Below, piece after piece: positions 25,442 to 40,095 of a stretch of 64,000 bases of DNA. This stretch comes from Octopus sinensis. Its lineage: Eukaryota. The first letter of the stretch is position 1. Every line of letters starts with the position of its first letter. The stretch spans positions 48,422,001 to 48,486,000 of the forward strand of contig NC_043002.1 of the NCBI RefSeq assembly GCF_006345805.1, written 5' to 3'. Below the pieces are notes generated by a model. It made no database searches and was not told the origin of the DNA. It saw only the letters and a list, made by a program, of their open reading frames with translations. Made by a program: the position numbers and the translations under genes.

Positions 25442-26399
25442 GTGAAAGAACAATGTTATAGGGAAGCAGAGGGTCGGCGGGCGCTTTCTGTCTTCTCCCA
25501 TCCTTATCATCCTTGTATAGTTATCATTCATTTCATTAATGTCTTGTCCAGCCCGCAAACTACCTTACACTATGTACTGTCTTTATGACAAATTTAATAA
25601 AATAATGTAGTTAACGATTTAGCTTTGTCACCTGGTTGCAGGTTGATTCTACATGAAAATAGGATTGAAGGTTAAGATGTCTGTTTAAACCTAATATTCA
25701 GCCACATATGCTAATTCAATACTAATTTAATGAACATTTTAGTTGATCTTATATAGTTCGCTCTCAGCAGAAGATTCTATATATCTATATATGTGTATGT
25801 GTGTGTGCATGCGTGTGTTTGTGTACTACTAAAGACAATATCAAGAAAAAAAGCTCCCCCGCCCCCCAGCTGTGTGTGATATACAAATCATATACAAAAC
25901 GCAGATTCAGCTTCCCTTATAATTCAAGCTATCGATTTCACTATAAAGATAAAATAAGAGTATATATTACAATCCAATTATCCGTCGACAAAATAAATAG
26001 AAAATTGTTAAGTATATTGTAACATGTACGCGCACACATATACACGCACATGTGCAATTAGCTACTAGCAAAACTGAAAATCATTTGAAGCCACAAATGC
26101 ACTGTAGACACGTGCATATATATAGCGTGTATATCAGATAGCGCCGGTGGTGTCTTTGTGATATGCCTTCAATATTGCAAACATATTCAGACACGCGCGC
26201 GCGCGAGCTGTGAATGTTCAACTGCCTGTATGTTGAATTAGTATGTAAGTAGCTGACTATTGAATAGGTATGTTTACCCCATAGGTGTTCATGATGTATT
26301 ATTTCTCGACGCTTAGAAGCATACATGAATGGGTTGGACACTCTCCAGTGGCACCATAACTCTTTTCTCTGTTGATGTCACTATATATATATATATATA

Positions 26400-27840
26400 C
26401 CGGATGTACTAGCACAGGTGTCGCGCTAACAAATTCTTGAAACTTCTTAAAACCAATAAGCTAATCGATTTACAATTTTCCAAATCTTCCCGGTAAGACA
26501 TCTAGCCTTACTGACACCAGTTTTTGAAAGAATCAGTGAAATAACCATTTAGATATTTAGCTACAAAGGCTGAAGTCGTTTTGTACCTGCTACGCCATGT
26601 CTACACCAAATCTTCAGTGTATCAGCATTCAAGAACCATCAACAGAGTTGTGAATAAGTTTGAGAAAAAGGGAATAGTGGAGAAGAAAACTGGATCAAGA
26701 GGACATAACCGAAAGAGGGATCTTCATTTCAATCTGGAGATGAAAGTGCTATTAGAAAAATAGAACTCAATCCACAAGACGCTTGGCAGGTAAGAGAGGG
26801 GCTTTAGCTATAGCAGTTTAAAGAGTGGTAACAGAAGACTTGAAAAGGAAATCGTACGTGAGACATGTGAAGCGCCTTATTACTCGAAGCCAAAAGGCTA
26901 GAAGGTTGAAGAGGGTGAAGCTCATCTTGAACAAAGTAAAACATAATTCTGGAGTGATCTTTTACACAAATGAGAAAAATTTCACCCAAGATTCGCACAC
27001 GAGTAGATGGCTCTGGCTCTGGAGAGCCAAAAATATCATTTCCGGGAGAAAACTCCCTGTTGAGGTGATGATTTTCGACTGATGGCAAGAAGATGCCATT
27101 GATCATGCTTGAGAAGGCTGAGAGACTGACAGGAGGTTTTTGCTCAGGTTTTGAAAGATGTAAAGACCTGGATTCTTTCTGAATATCCCGAAGCAAGAGG
27201 CGAGAGAAATCCCAGCAAGATCGCTAAACTCTTCAAGTTTACATTATAGCAAGATGAGTCACACAAATTTCTCTGGAATAACTTTAAGAACAGGTTTTAA
27301 GATAAGGACAATTGGTCCCCTTCATCACCTGATTTGAACCCTTTAGACTTTAGCACTTGGAATCAAGTGATCACAAAAAGCTAGCGAGAAACCCCACAGT
27401 AACCTGCAAGCCCTCAAAGACTCCGGTCGTTGGACAAGGAAGGAGGACATTGATGATGAATTCATTAAGAAAGCTTGTGGTACAGTCAGGAAGAGGGTTG
27501 CGGAGGTCATTTCCAAAAAATTGCAATTTCTTAACTAAAAGGTAGGATTTCGGCCAGGATGGTCTATGTGATTTTGAAATAAAACTGTTAAGATTCCATT
27601 CGAATTTTATTCCAGTCTTTTATGAACTCCCAATCCTGAGTTATGGCTTATTATTTATCAAAATGTTATTTTTTTCAATGAAAAATATCATCACTATTCT
27701 TTTGGTGGGCTTGGAGAGTAATCAACGTTTTTCTCGCTCAAACTGGAGCCCAGTAATGTTAGAAAAATCCCATTAAGCTGTCTTTAAGCATATGATACAA
27801 AAGGTTCGAAGTTGAATCTAAAATTTGCTGGCATGCCAAG
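26400..27840 (+). mobile_element. Tc1/mariner-superfamily transposon, maT/DD37D-like, decayed
   Basis: EDLKRKSY...KARRLKRVK...IFYTNEKNFT (compare FSDEK) and WSPSSPDLNPLDFSTW. Degenerate TIRs CCGGATGTACTAGCA / TGCTGGCATGCCAAG flanked by TA. D-D spacing cannot be counted because of a deletion. Confidence 0.8.
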
Positions 27841-28015
27841 TATGTGGGTGTGTGTATCTGTTTGAGTGTGTGCGCGCGCGCGTATACACACATGCATATA
27901 TATATAAATAAATATTTATATGTATGTATAAGTATACATACATATATATATACATATAAATATATATTTATATGTATGTATCCATATCTTTGCGTGTGTG
28001 TGTGTCTGTCTATCT

Positions 28016-28041
28016 GTATGTATGTATGTATGTATGTATGT

Positions 28042-28114
<73 letters not shown>

Positions 28115-28118
28115 CAGA
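28016..28118. repeat. (TATG)n + (TAGA)n microsatellite
   Basis: Direct read. Confidence 0.95.
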
Positions 28119-29156
28119 TATGAAATAAACACCAAAGATACTCTACTTCGCATAGAAACACTCAAGAGCAAATTAAACGTAAATTTTGCAGGTTTTTTCC
28201 TCGTGATGGTAACTTAAGCATTATTGGAAACTTTCTGTATCTTCATCAGATATCTGTGTCGCAAATATTAAGCCCCTTACATGAATAGGAAGTTAGGTCA
28301 GAATTAACGTTCGCCAGCAAACGGGTTCCATCTCCGGCTCGACCACTTTGGATATGTTTCAGCTACAACAGCTATCTCTTTCATGAATATCTGCATGATA
28401 TAGAGCTCTGATCTTGTCGAGAAACCGTGGTAGCTGACTTCAGTGGTGAATAAATATTTGGTTTATTTGGTTTTCTTGAGATAGTGAGAAATATCAAGGC
28501 TATACTTTCAGGGTGATATGAGTTCAGTCATGCTGACCGTTTCTGTACCGATAAGTAGAAGAACCATGCCAGACTGTAGGGATGTTATTGCTACCTCTTC
28601 AGAAAATGTGAGTTCCCTTCTGACACATTCGTATCTCCTAGACACAAAATAGAAAACGGGTCTCCCATGCATGTTTATAAACATAAATATGTGTGTACTT
28701 ATACAAGCATATAAATCATTTCTACTATTGCCACAAAGCCTGAATTTTCATGGGAAGATGATAATCGATTTCATCGACTTCAGACATCTACTACTTATTC
28801 ATTTTATCGACCTCGAAAATCGACCTCAGTGGACTTTGAACTCAGATCGTAAAGCTAAAAGAAATGCTTATTATTAGTGCGAAACAAATTCTAACTCATA
28901 CTAGTTATACTATTTTGTTATAATTTCAGAATAAAGAGAGTATAAACAAAAATATTACGTATATTTTTAGGCTAGCGATTTGCAATGCGCCAGACCCGAC
29001 GAAATATATCATAGTACTATACAATACCCTATGTACGGTATACATAAGAATCGTGTTTATAGTGGTTTTAAATATGGTAAATAGAAGTCATGTGCGTGTG
29101 TGTGTGTGTGTGTGAATGTAGGTATGAACGTATGTATGTATATATCATATATGTTA

Positions 29157-29206
29157 CACACACGCGCGCACACATACACACGCACGCACACACACACACA
29201 CACACG

Positions 29207-29238
<32 letters not shown>

Positions 29239-29248
29239 CACACACACA
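29157..29248. repeat. (CA)n microsatellite
   Basis: Direct read. Confidence 0.95.
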
Positions 29249-30124
29249 TAGAGAGATCATATACGACGATATGATTGAAAGGAAAACTCGTGGCAAAGGA
29301 AAACTACTAGAAATTAATAGCTACCCTAAAAGACTGATGCATAGACAAAATAAGAACTAACATCAGAGATTTGTAAATAAAAAAAAAAGTTGCTTTGATG
29401 CTGGTAGGAATATCTGGAATATATTTCCTCGTGTAGCATAATGTTAAGATTACAGTTGCCATTTCTTGTCATTTCAAGATTTATCCAAACTTCCTACTTG
29501 GCATCAATGATTGGACTTTTCTGAATTATCGACCAACTAACTTTAAAATTCATAAATTACATATAATATACAGCATATGGAAATATTTTTAACAACAAAT
29601 TCTGATTCCGTTAGGAAATGAATCTCAATGCAGCATTCTAATCTTTAGTTATCTCCTGCCAGAAGAGAGTTCAGAAAAGCCATTTGATATATATAAATAT
29701 TCAAAACACAGCGTCTGTTCATTTCTAACATATGCTGCGTTGTCAATATTTTATGTAAAAGCAATTGATCCAACATTTAATAAGATAGCAGATCTGGTTA
29801 CCTTCAGTGATTACAAATTACACGGCTTCTTTAACATGGCTTCATGTTCAGAAAGTTAATGTACCCTATTGAAAATGCGTCTATGAATTATTAGGGACGA
29901 ATGTAAGAGGTCAGTCGGTGAGTTACATAATACATTGGCCAATAAAGTGCTGCAAGGTATTTATTGTACCTAGCCATCAATTTAAGATGTAAATATAAAT
30001 ATAGTTATGGTGAATTATTTACACCAAAAGAGTACACGTCGACAACGCCAATATAAGAAAGGAAAGAAGCGAACTTTGATGAGTGCAGCTTAAATTAATT
30101 CTTCCAGAAATCACCCCCGGGGCA

Positions 30125-31790
30125 CCGTTTCTTTTTGCTTTTTTTCACTCATTGAACTGCAGACATACTGAGTCACCGCCTCGAAGGGTTTTTATTGACT
30201 AGATCGGTCTTATCTATTTCTTTAAAAGTCAGTCACTTATTCTATCGGGCGTTTTCACCGAACCGCTAAGTTATGTGGATGTAAACACAACACTAGTTGT
30301 CAAGTGATGTGGGGGCAAACATATACAAAGACGTGCGCGCGCACAATACACACACATGCGCGTGCGCACGCACACACATACGTATATATATATATATATA
30401 TTGGGTCATCCCATAAATAATGCGGTTTTTTTCAATTGCTTGAACTAAAAGCTGGAGAGGGACGGGATAAACTACTTGCATCAACTTGCTAGAAAAGCAG
30501 ATAGTAATTTTACGTTATACCTATTCTTACTGCAAGTTTTGTAGAGTGCAGTTCGATTTAAACAGTTATTTTTTCAAAGCTATAATGGAAGTGACAAAAG
30601 AGCATATTCGGCATATTTTGCTTTATGAGTTCAATAAAGGCAACAACACAAAGGAAAGTGCAAGGAATATTAATTATGTATATGGGAATCGGACAATAAG
30701 CGTAAGCCAGTGTCAACGGTAGTTTCAGAAATTCCGAGCAGAAAACTACAACCTAGAAGACAAGCCTCATCCTGGAAGATATGTAGAGCTCAACGAGGGC
30801 ATCCTGCAAACTCTGTTGGAACAAAATCACATGGTAACTCTTGAGGGGGTAGCAGAGAAGCTTGGATTCAACCATTCATCGGCACCTGCATGCCATCGGA
30901 AAAGTCAACAAATTGGGTCAATCGGTTCCTCAGAAACTTTCCGAGTCTAATCGCGTGTAGAGAGTGAACACGTGAGCTTTGGTGTCACGTCTCACGACTG
31001 AACATTTTCTGAACCGAATAGTGACTAGTGGTGAGAAATAGGCTCTCTATAAAAAATGTCAAGCACCGAAGACAGTGGGTAGGGAAAGGAGAAACACCGG
31101 CACCTTGGGCTGAAGAAGGTCTTCACTCATGTAAGGTATTGTTATGTGTTTGGTGGGATATGAAAGGTTAAGTCCACTTTGAACTTTTAAAACCAAATGA
31201 TAACAATGGAGATCTACTGTAAACAGCTTGAGCAGCTTATGTCAAGGATGGAAGAAAGACGACCATCTTTCCTTTCAAGACGGAAAGTGTTTCTCCATCG
31301 GGATATTGCTTGACTACATACAGTGAGGATGACGTTCCAATGGCTGGAGCAGTTTGAATGGGAAACAATGCCTCACCCACCATATATGCCGGACATTTCC
31401 CATCCTATTATCATTTATTACGAAGTTTTCAAAATCATTTGGACGGAAAAAATATGAATTCTGTAGACGAGGTCAGAACAGTACTGGAGGAGTATTTTTC
31501 GTCATGGACAAGTGAATTTTGAAAGAGGGGCCTTGCAAGTCTACCAGATAGATGGAAGAGCATAGTAGAAAATGGAGAGTATATTTTAGTTTAAAAAAGA
31601 GCTTTATCTTAATCTTGAAAAATAAAAGAAGTAGAAAAGCACCGCATTATCTATAAGATGACCCAATGTATATATATATATATATATATGACAGGCTTCT
31701 GTCAGTCTCCGTCTATCAAATTGTTTCACAAGGCGTTGGTTGACCCAAGGATATAGTAGAAGACACTTGACCAAGTTGCCGTGCAGTTGT
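30125..31790 (-). mobile_element. Family B SINE split by a nested mariner
   Basis: 3' half at 30125-30400 (TTATTCTATCGG..CCGAACCGCTAAGTTA..GTAAACA); 5' half at 31690-31790 (GGCTTCT.TCAGT.TCCGTCTA.CAAAT..CACAAGGC.TTGGT..AGTAGAAGACACTTG). Confidence 0.7.
30401..31666 (+). mobile_element. mariner (DD34D) transposon, full length, decayed
   Basis: TIRs TTGGGTCATCCCATAAATAATGCGGT / ACCGCATTATCTATAAGATGACCCAA, 5' TA. MEVTKEHIRHILLYEFNKG, decayed WVPHxL, VTxxEK and HPPYxPD motifs; several stops. Confidence 0.93.
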
Positions 31791-33397
31791 TTCCAGTAAC
31801 TTGTTAACTCCTTTAGAAATATAACTTCATAAACATATTGCTATTTAATTTTTGATAAGAGTATTTCGAGTTATTCTCTATTTGCTTATGTGTGTGTTGG
31901 TGGTCAACGTCTGCCCAGACACTGTGCTTTGCAATTTTTGTGCTTTGCTATTTCCTATTTCTGTACTACGTTTTCCTCTTATAGGATTGCAAACCAACAA
32001 GGGAGCTTCTAAAAAGTTGCTCGAAAAACACCATAAAACAACACCTTAATGACTTCAAAACCGGACACCTTAAATGGCGACTTAGTCGTACGAAAATACA
32101 GAATGGTCAAAACTGGGAGGTTTTTGTCATAGATGTGCTCCATGAAGCCTTTTCTGAGGTTAAACAACAGTAATGATTTACATAGCTATAAAAGCTATTA
32201 ATCATACTTATGTAAGCTGATAAAGTTTCTAATATATTTTTGGAGGAGATACTGGCTACTATTTTACTTTACTAAAGATATTCAGTTTATTTTATTACTG
32301 CTGTCTGATGTTAAAATACTCAAGGCATTTTGGAAATAAGCTAAGAAAACGTTTGGTTTCTGATTTCTTCCGTTGGTATATCTTGAGTTTTTCTTTTTTT
32401 TTTTCTTTGTCAATTTCTTTAATATCCTCTTCGGTAGGAAAGACACGGTTCTTCGCTATAATCAAAACTGAGATACAATGTGTCCATATGAAAACTCCAT
32501 TAATGTTTCATTAATCTTTACTTTATTACTCTTAGGTCATGTGTTGTCTTCAAAATAAAAAGCAAACAAAAAGAAACTATATTAATAATCTAAAGTTCAG
32601 TTTTAATAATTTTTTGCAAAAGAAAATCAAATGAACACTGGCCCAGCCTTATTGTTAAAGTTTGACTAAGAAGAAACAATATATCTGTGTCAAACTGACA
32701 TTAAACGAGCAAGTCTATAGATTTCGGAAGAACTTCCAGAGGTTCAGCTAAGAAGTAGGTAGAAAAATTAAACATGTCATGTGTAATATCTCATGCACTT
32801 ATGGTTGAAAATCAAAATAACAAATTATAAAACAAGAAAATTAAGAGTGCTCAACACGACTGGTATGAACAGGAAAATTCATGAGCCAATGTGGTGTAAA
32901 ATATTCTTTATAAATGAAATCTCACAACAAAGACCTCTTTAACTGAGAACCTAAGCAGTATGCTCTAACATCGCTTATAATTCCCATTATTGAAATGTTT
33001 AATCCAATATTATTTCCGTTTCTGAAAATATTTTAAATTTAACCAAGGAAGATTAAGGTTAATACAGTGGAGACTATCGGACTCTGGACTAGGTACTTCA
33101 CATCATGCTTTATTTCGCACTTTGCTGGGCTCGAATTCTGCATGTGTTGACTTTATAGCATTCAAATAAATAAGTAATTAAGTTGAAAGTTAAATATTTC
33201 ATCCACTGATATTGTATGAACATTATTGTTTGTAGTATTACTAGGGCGCTGAGTAGAAGAATTGTTAAAGCATTGGACAAAAATACTTTACAGTATTTTG
33301 TTCCAGCTTCTTACTTTTGAAATGAAATCATCCTGAGGTGAAGTTTGTCTTTAATCCTCAGTCTTGTACTCATGTTACAAATCATTATTTTTTCTCA

Positions 33398-33712
33398 GGC
33401 TCAGTCCCACCGAGTGGCACTTTGGACAAGTTTCTTCTACTATAGCCTCAGACCCACCAAAGCCTTGTGAGTGGATTTGGTAGATGGAAACTGAAAGAAA
33501 CCCATCCCGTCATATGTGTGCGTTTTTGTGGCTGTACTTACATCGCTTGAAAACCGGTATTGGTGTGTTTACATCCTCGTAATCTAGCGGTTCGCCAAAA
33601 TGGGTCGATAGAATATGTACAAGGAATAACTCCTGGGGGCGATTTCTTCGACCAAAAACCTTTAAAAACCTCCAGCATAGTCGCAGTCAAACGACTGAAA
33701 CAAATAAAAGAA
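33398..33712 (+). mobile_element. Family B SINE
   Basis: CAGTCCCAC..GTGGCACTTTGGACAAGTTTCTTCTACTATAGCCTC..CCAAAGCCTTGTGAGTGGATTTGGTAGATGGAAACTGAAAGAA...GACTGAAACAAATAAAAGAA. Confidence 0.85.
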
Positions 33713-33769
33713 TACTATTATATATCTAGTCGGAGTTTCACCCTGATGTCTCTATCATGATCAACCTTT

Positions 33770-34250
33770 TCTTGTCATTTAAAATTGCCAGTTCAGTACT
33801 TATAGTTACTAAATCATAGGCTCTATGGTAAAATGTAATTGTTTCAGTTAAGTTCTGCAAGTTGCTATTCCTTTTAGTATAAATAATAGTTTGTGATGAC
33901 ATACACCTGTCGCTTTGTTGTTTAAGTTCAGTCAGCTGTCTTCGAAGACACCTATGTTCACAGATTTTGACCCATAACCACACTGTAGTTCATTTGTTTG
34001 TGGCAAAGTTTATAGCAGTGTCCTTCCTGTTTTTCTAAAGTCGCTGGACATGATATGATGATCAGTTGGTTGGTAGTTCTACTAGATTGGTCGACCATGT
34101 ATGAAATAATCTTCAGCAAAAGTGATATGAAGGATATATATCTAGCACTGAATTTATATAGCTTCTTTACAACTCGGAACAACCATATTCTTTTGTCTTT
34201 TAAATGAATGATCACGCTTAAGGTTGTTGTTGTACAGATGTCCAGTACAT
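33770..34250 (-). mobile_element. Possible decayed RTE-type reverse transcriptase fragment
   Basis: NSNLQNLTETI...RAYDLVTISTE resembles the RTE segment after the DD motif (ELQxLTxRL...AYGMEISTEK). Confidence 0.3.
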
Positions 34251-36174
34251 AATCTTGTTAGTACGTAATGGAGAAAAGTAAACTCTTTACTGTCTTGCAC
34301 TGTATGTGACAACTTCTTTTGAACTTTATTTTTATGAAAGGTTCAGTGCAAATAAACAGAACTCTGTTGCACCTTATGTAAGGCGCCGACGTATCGAATC
34401 AATAACTTTGAAGTTCGTTTTCAGTTTGTTTTTGTTTAGCCACGGATTAACTCTGACGAAGAAAAAGCCCATACTTAAAAGCCTTTCAATTATCACCATC
34501 TGATATTATTTCAAAGCATATCTTGAATACGTTACCTAGTATACCTTGGTTTCTGTGAGACGGTAGGCTGTGATTTAAGGAATATATAGTTATTGTTTCT
34601 AGTAGACTGTACAGCTATGTAGAGCTTCATTTGTTGAATAGTCAATTTCTATGTCAGCTTGACTCTTAAGGAAACTGCTTACAATAGTCAATCACAATCA
34701 GCTAAAAATGTTCAAAAAGGATTAATTGAAAAGGCCAGTGATCAGAAGTTTTAGTAGTTTCATTTTGTTATCAGTCTTCCAAAGGTACATGTGTACTTTT
34801 GAAGTTTGATTTCGCTTTGAATTTTTTCACCCTAGCTATTACTTATTTGATATATTTTCTTTGCTTCATTAGGTATAAAGAACAGAATGAAGTTGTTTTT
34901 TTATGAAATCTTTCCTCAGAATATCATTAAATTTTAAAATTCAGATTACATTTAATCTTGCTTTAATTATTTCATTTGATTTAAGTATTAAGAATCATAA
35001 TGGTTATAATTATTGGAGCGGCAGCAATAGGGATTTATTAATCTTAGGTATGACTTTAAACTGCAGATTCAAGATCTAGGGTTGGAATGAAGTTACCTTT
35101 TAACGGACAATATTCACAAATAAGTTCTGACAAGCAACAGTAAAACCTGCAAGAATTTCAGAGTAAATTGCATTACTATATCACCTTAACTCAATATAGG
35201 GTCCTGAATTTTGCAGCACTAATCCAGCTATTCACCATGCAGATGAGTATGTAATGCATCGATGGACTGAAAATAACAATTGACTGGTGAACTCCTATAA
35301 TCGTCCTTGTTCAAATAGTTTAAACGCTATCGTGCAACACCCTAACAGAATCGGAACTGCTGTCTTGCAGATTAGATTATGGTAATCAATGACTAAGGGT
35401 TCAGCTCTAACAAAATAGAATTGCTGAAGGTATTGCGCCCTCTGTAGACTTTCATAAAATTGTCATGATGAGTGTTTATAATTAGAGCTTGCGTAAAATA
35501 ACATTTAACTTATCTCAAGTGATGTCATATATAAAGATAGAGCATTATTATGTTTCTTTGTTTTTGAAACATGTATTTTTTTCATCGAATGATTCTATAA
35601 TGCACAAATTATAGGACATATGATTCTGCTATACGGTTTTATTCCAGAACATCCAATTTGGATGTTTTGATCAAATGTCTGCTGATATAATCGTGCCTTC
35701 CGGTTTAACATTCAGTCGGAAATATTTTGCTCAACAGGATATATTCAGAAATTGACTGCAAGAGATAGCATTTGGAGAAAACCAAACTTGAATCTATCAA
35801 GTCAAAAGTCGAAAGTGAATTTGAAAGAAATAAGCATGTTTGACACATATTACCAAGGCAACAATTTTACAGATCGTTCCTTCAACACGATAACTAACAT
35901 TTTGTTACAGCTGGAAGATGTTTGAAAAAACTTCAGTTCATAATGACTTCACACAGCTTTCTTTTAAGTTGACAATAGGAAAGATAGTTTGTGGAACTTC
36001 TGCAAAATGAAATTGTCAAAAATATATAACGGATGATAAGTTTTGCTGAGAGCAAAAAATATTGAGTATGTAGAAGCTACACTGGAGATTTTGCATTGAA
36101 AATTAAAACAAATAGCAGAAAGACCACCCTGCGTTTTCTGTTTTCTACAATTCATTATAGGAATACGCATAATA

Positions 36175-36188
36175 TGTATGTATGTATG

Positions 36189-36220
<32 letters not shown>

Positions 36221-36262
36221 TGTATGTATGTATGTATGTATGTATGTATGTATGTATGTATG
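36175..36262. repeat. (TATG)n microsatellite
   Basis: Direct read. Confidence 0.95.
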
Positions 36263-39200
36263 TACATACACACATATTTTATTATATACACGACTGATTC
36301 AATTTCTATTTTTTATTTTAAATTTTTCGCATATTCTTATAATTTTAAAGCTAGTTTGGAACAATAGTACTAGATTCAAATTCGACTTCTCTAAACTTCC
36401 ACAATCTCATTTTCAAGAATTGAAAATATAATGTATCTGTGTTGTTTCTTATATAAGAAATCTTTCAAAACTGGAGAGTGGAATAGAGGAAGGTGACCTC
36501 AGATCGCAAACCGGGCATGAAAGGTCGAAACAGAGTGGACTCTGCTAAAAGTACCCAAAACGACAGGTGGTATTAATAGCGGTCATAGATTAAGTAAATA
36601 ACTCCAAAAGCCATGGCAGGATTTGAATACAAATTGCAAAATGGTAGAACAAATACCAAACAGTAACCGTCCGATGGTATTGCAGTTCCGTCATACGTTT
36701 TTATCGACCCTGTAAGGACAAAAAAAGCAAGCTTAGCAACTCTAAGAATTGAAATCAGAGTCCCGAGTGGAAGTACAAATATCATGATTCATTCTATCCG
36801 ATGCTCTCTAAGGACTCAAATTTGCCTCTTCCTGTTTTTACAAACTATGCATTTGTTATACTTTAATTCATTACTTACACTAAATTAAAGTGGCCTATAG
36901 TTAACTTTCACAATTATAAAGGCACACATTATCTCGTTACTGGAAGTCATTTTTTACACAACAAAATGAAGACCATAAATAGTAATAGTATTTTATTTAT
37001 TTATTTAACGTTTAAGAAATACAAACTAAATTAAGTTTAGAAAAGAACTTCTTTTAAAATATAAGATAATTGAATTTTCACATGAATTACTATTTTACAC
37101 TACTTAACTTCTTTGTTATCCTATCTTATAGACTGAGTAAATTGTTAGCTTAATAAAATTAAATTTCTTTCTCAAAATACTTTTTGTCATTGTATATACT
37201 GGTGCTGTAGTAATAAATCATTAGTTTACAGTTGATCTTTGAAATGGAATAGCACTAGAGTCTTACTGATATTATGACGGGGAGTTCAAATCCTTTTGGG
37301 ATCAATGAAATAACTACTATTTAGGTGCTGGAAACAATTTCCAAAACATGTGAGGCCTTGTGTCTATAAATTCAATATTATGGTTACATAATGTTTCTTT
37401 GGCGTGAGGCACAATGCTTTAGACATTCTAAATGTATGAAACGGAGTTAATTCTTACAAGATAGGGCAACATAGTTTTAAAAAGTGGCAGAATGGTAGAA
37501 ACCGTAACGCATTAGGCATGTCATCATATTTAGTTGCCTCCTTTTGCATTTTCTAAGTATAAATCGCTATCAAAAGCTATAAGTACAATTTATGTACCAA
37601 ATAGATTATGATTATGATCCTCCACTACAAACTATAGTCACGTAACAATGTGATAAAAAAATATTGTGCTAACAGTATATGTTAAAATAATCTATAAAAC
37701 AGGCTGGTTTAAATTTTGTGCAAATCTGTTTTCAGATAAATTTTATTTTTATCTTAAAGTGATTCTGTATAATAAAAATGATATAATTTGCAGCGGGTTC
37801 TTTCTAAATTTTATTTTATTTTTTCTAGTGCAAAAATAAGCAAAATCTTTTAACTGTTCTTGTTCAGAGATATCTGCTGGCAGCTGATTAGCAATATTGT
37901 CTCTAAAAACAGGAAGATGAAATTATTGGCGTCTGTGTCTTTCTCAAGAACGTTAGAAGGGCAAGTGAAATCACGACCACTCGCAATTGTATATGAGTTG
38001 AAGTCTCGTTACGCCAGAAGTTTATCTCTTATACTATAAAGTTATATTAATATAGCATTTTTAGTTACCTAAAATTTATTGACAGCTATTGTGCCAACCT
38101 GCAACAAATATTTCAATCCCCATCAAATCGAGTTATCTTGTATCTGCTCTTTCTCCCGCTATAACGACCTTTCATCTACGAAGCATCACCACCCTACACG
38201 GTCAGAGCTATTTTTTCCATATCGGGGACCTCCACCACCAAAAGGGTCATCTAGTGCATTTTACATGTGGAACTAGGCTGAATGCATTAGGAAATAATTT
38301 GTTGAAGTTCACCGTAGCAAGAATCATTTACCTCTCTAGCCCACAACTTCAAGTCTCAGAATACTCTTACCTGTAGCTCACAGTTTTTAAGGATGTAGTG
38401 TACCACGACACCACCATTTTTCGTTATTGTTGGGTACAACAGCTAATCTACCATTTAAAGAGAGTTGCCCCATCTATGAATAACTGTCTAGCTTTTCGTT
38501 AACTTCGCCACACACACACACTCGTGCGCGCTGATAAATGTCAACACATGTTCATCACACTACTCCTTTGATATTTTCCACTACCCGATTTCTAATCTTT
38601 CATTTCCACTCATTTCACCACCCGTCAATCACAGACCAACCCACACATGCTATGATGCCTTGTTTATACAACCCTTGCAATACAAGCTTTATTCACACCC
38701 ACACCACCAGTATGTATTTCAAAAACACAGACACATTCGCACATAACTTCTCTCCTCCCAATTCTAGCTCACACATACACAACTACGTAAACTCAATCAC
38801 ACATCATCTCTGTGCTCCAGTGCTGAATTATTTTACTTAGCGCACGTTTGTTTTTCTCTGCTACAAACCATTAACTCCACTCCTTTCCTGTCTATTACTC
38901 CAGGTTGATTCATCTGTGCATTTTGTTTTACACTTTTTCGTTGTTTTCTATTTTTACTCTTGTCTTCTATACTAATACAGAACAAGTATCCAAAAAATCG
39001 ATATCTCATCCATTTCATTTCATTCTCACAACAGAATGATATATTGAATAAAATACTGAATCATTTGTAGATTTGATGAAGTTATCTCCACTTCTATACG
39101 GGGAAGACTGATCACTTGGTAGCAAATGCTACAAACTTCAAATTAGAAGGAGAAATACTTTCAAAGAAAGTGAGGTGCCATTAAGAGAAAGAAAGACCAA

Positions 39201-39495
39201 ATGTATTGCTTAATAAGGAATAAACACGGTCAAAGTGCTATTCTCTTGTTTGTCTTCCAACAATTAAAATGTCTTTTTCTTAATGAAATGTCTATTTTGG
39301 AAAATTCTCGATTCTTCAGATTATCTCTCCTTCTCATTGGGAGTATGTGCCAGTTGTCACTAAGTAATTATTCTACCTTCTATGGAAGTGATTGTGATTT
39401 CAATGAACCAAGGATTTATTTGATATATTCTTATTCGTCTTTGTTGTCCAAATACATTCCACTGTAATTGAAGAAGGACATCATTTGAATCGTTT

Positions 39496-39551
<56 letters not shown>

Positions 39552-39689
39552 GTGTGTGTGTGTGTGTGTGTGTGTGTATGTATATCTATGTATGTATTTA
39601 TAAATATGTACATATAGATATATACGTATATATACATACACATATACCCTTACACACCGACATACATACATATAACAGTATAACGAAGA

Positions 39690-40095
39690 AGAAAACAACT
39701 GCGGACGAAGTCAGCAATATTCAGACCGAAGGGTCAAAAGAATATTGGTCGAACTTGAAAAGTAAAATGGCCACCAATTTAAAGCACAACTGGCCAAATA
39801 TTGCTGTTTGGGCCCATAAGGGAAAGGTACGGTCTGTTGTGGAAATCAGCTGTCCTCTGGACACCAATGTGATTAGAAAAGTTCGAGGGAAAGAGGGCAT
39901 CTATGGACTAATGGTTCCCAAGATACACTTTCAGCTTCATGTCTGTTGTTGTTGGAGCAAAAGGATATATATGAATCCTTCTGGGGCAAAGTATAGCTGA
40001 ACTTGGCGAAAGAATGTAAATCCTTAATTCATACTCTACAAATGATCACGATATCAGGAACTATAAAAATCTACAAAACTTTAAATTTTGAATGA
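39690..40095 (+). mobile_element. 3' fragment of a REL-endonuclease non-LTR retrotransposon (family different from the 44.8 kb copy)
   Basis: EYWSNL..KHNWPNIAVW...VVEISCPLDTNVIRKVRGKEGIYG fits a decayed PD-(D/E)xK REL domain; ends LQMITISGTIKIYKT. Confidence 0.7.

Noticed and set aside
27312-27330. TTGGTCCCCTTCA, resembling miR-133
   Set aside because: It encodes the WSPSSPD transposase motif; the 3' part mismatches and I saw no precursor hairpin.
38079-38500. Complex segment with a minus-strand donor CAG|GTAAGA near 38370
   Set aside because: No open frame with an acceptor and no recognisable protein motif; possibly an old LINE fragment but not supportable.
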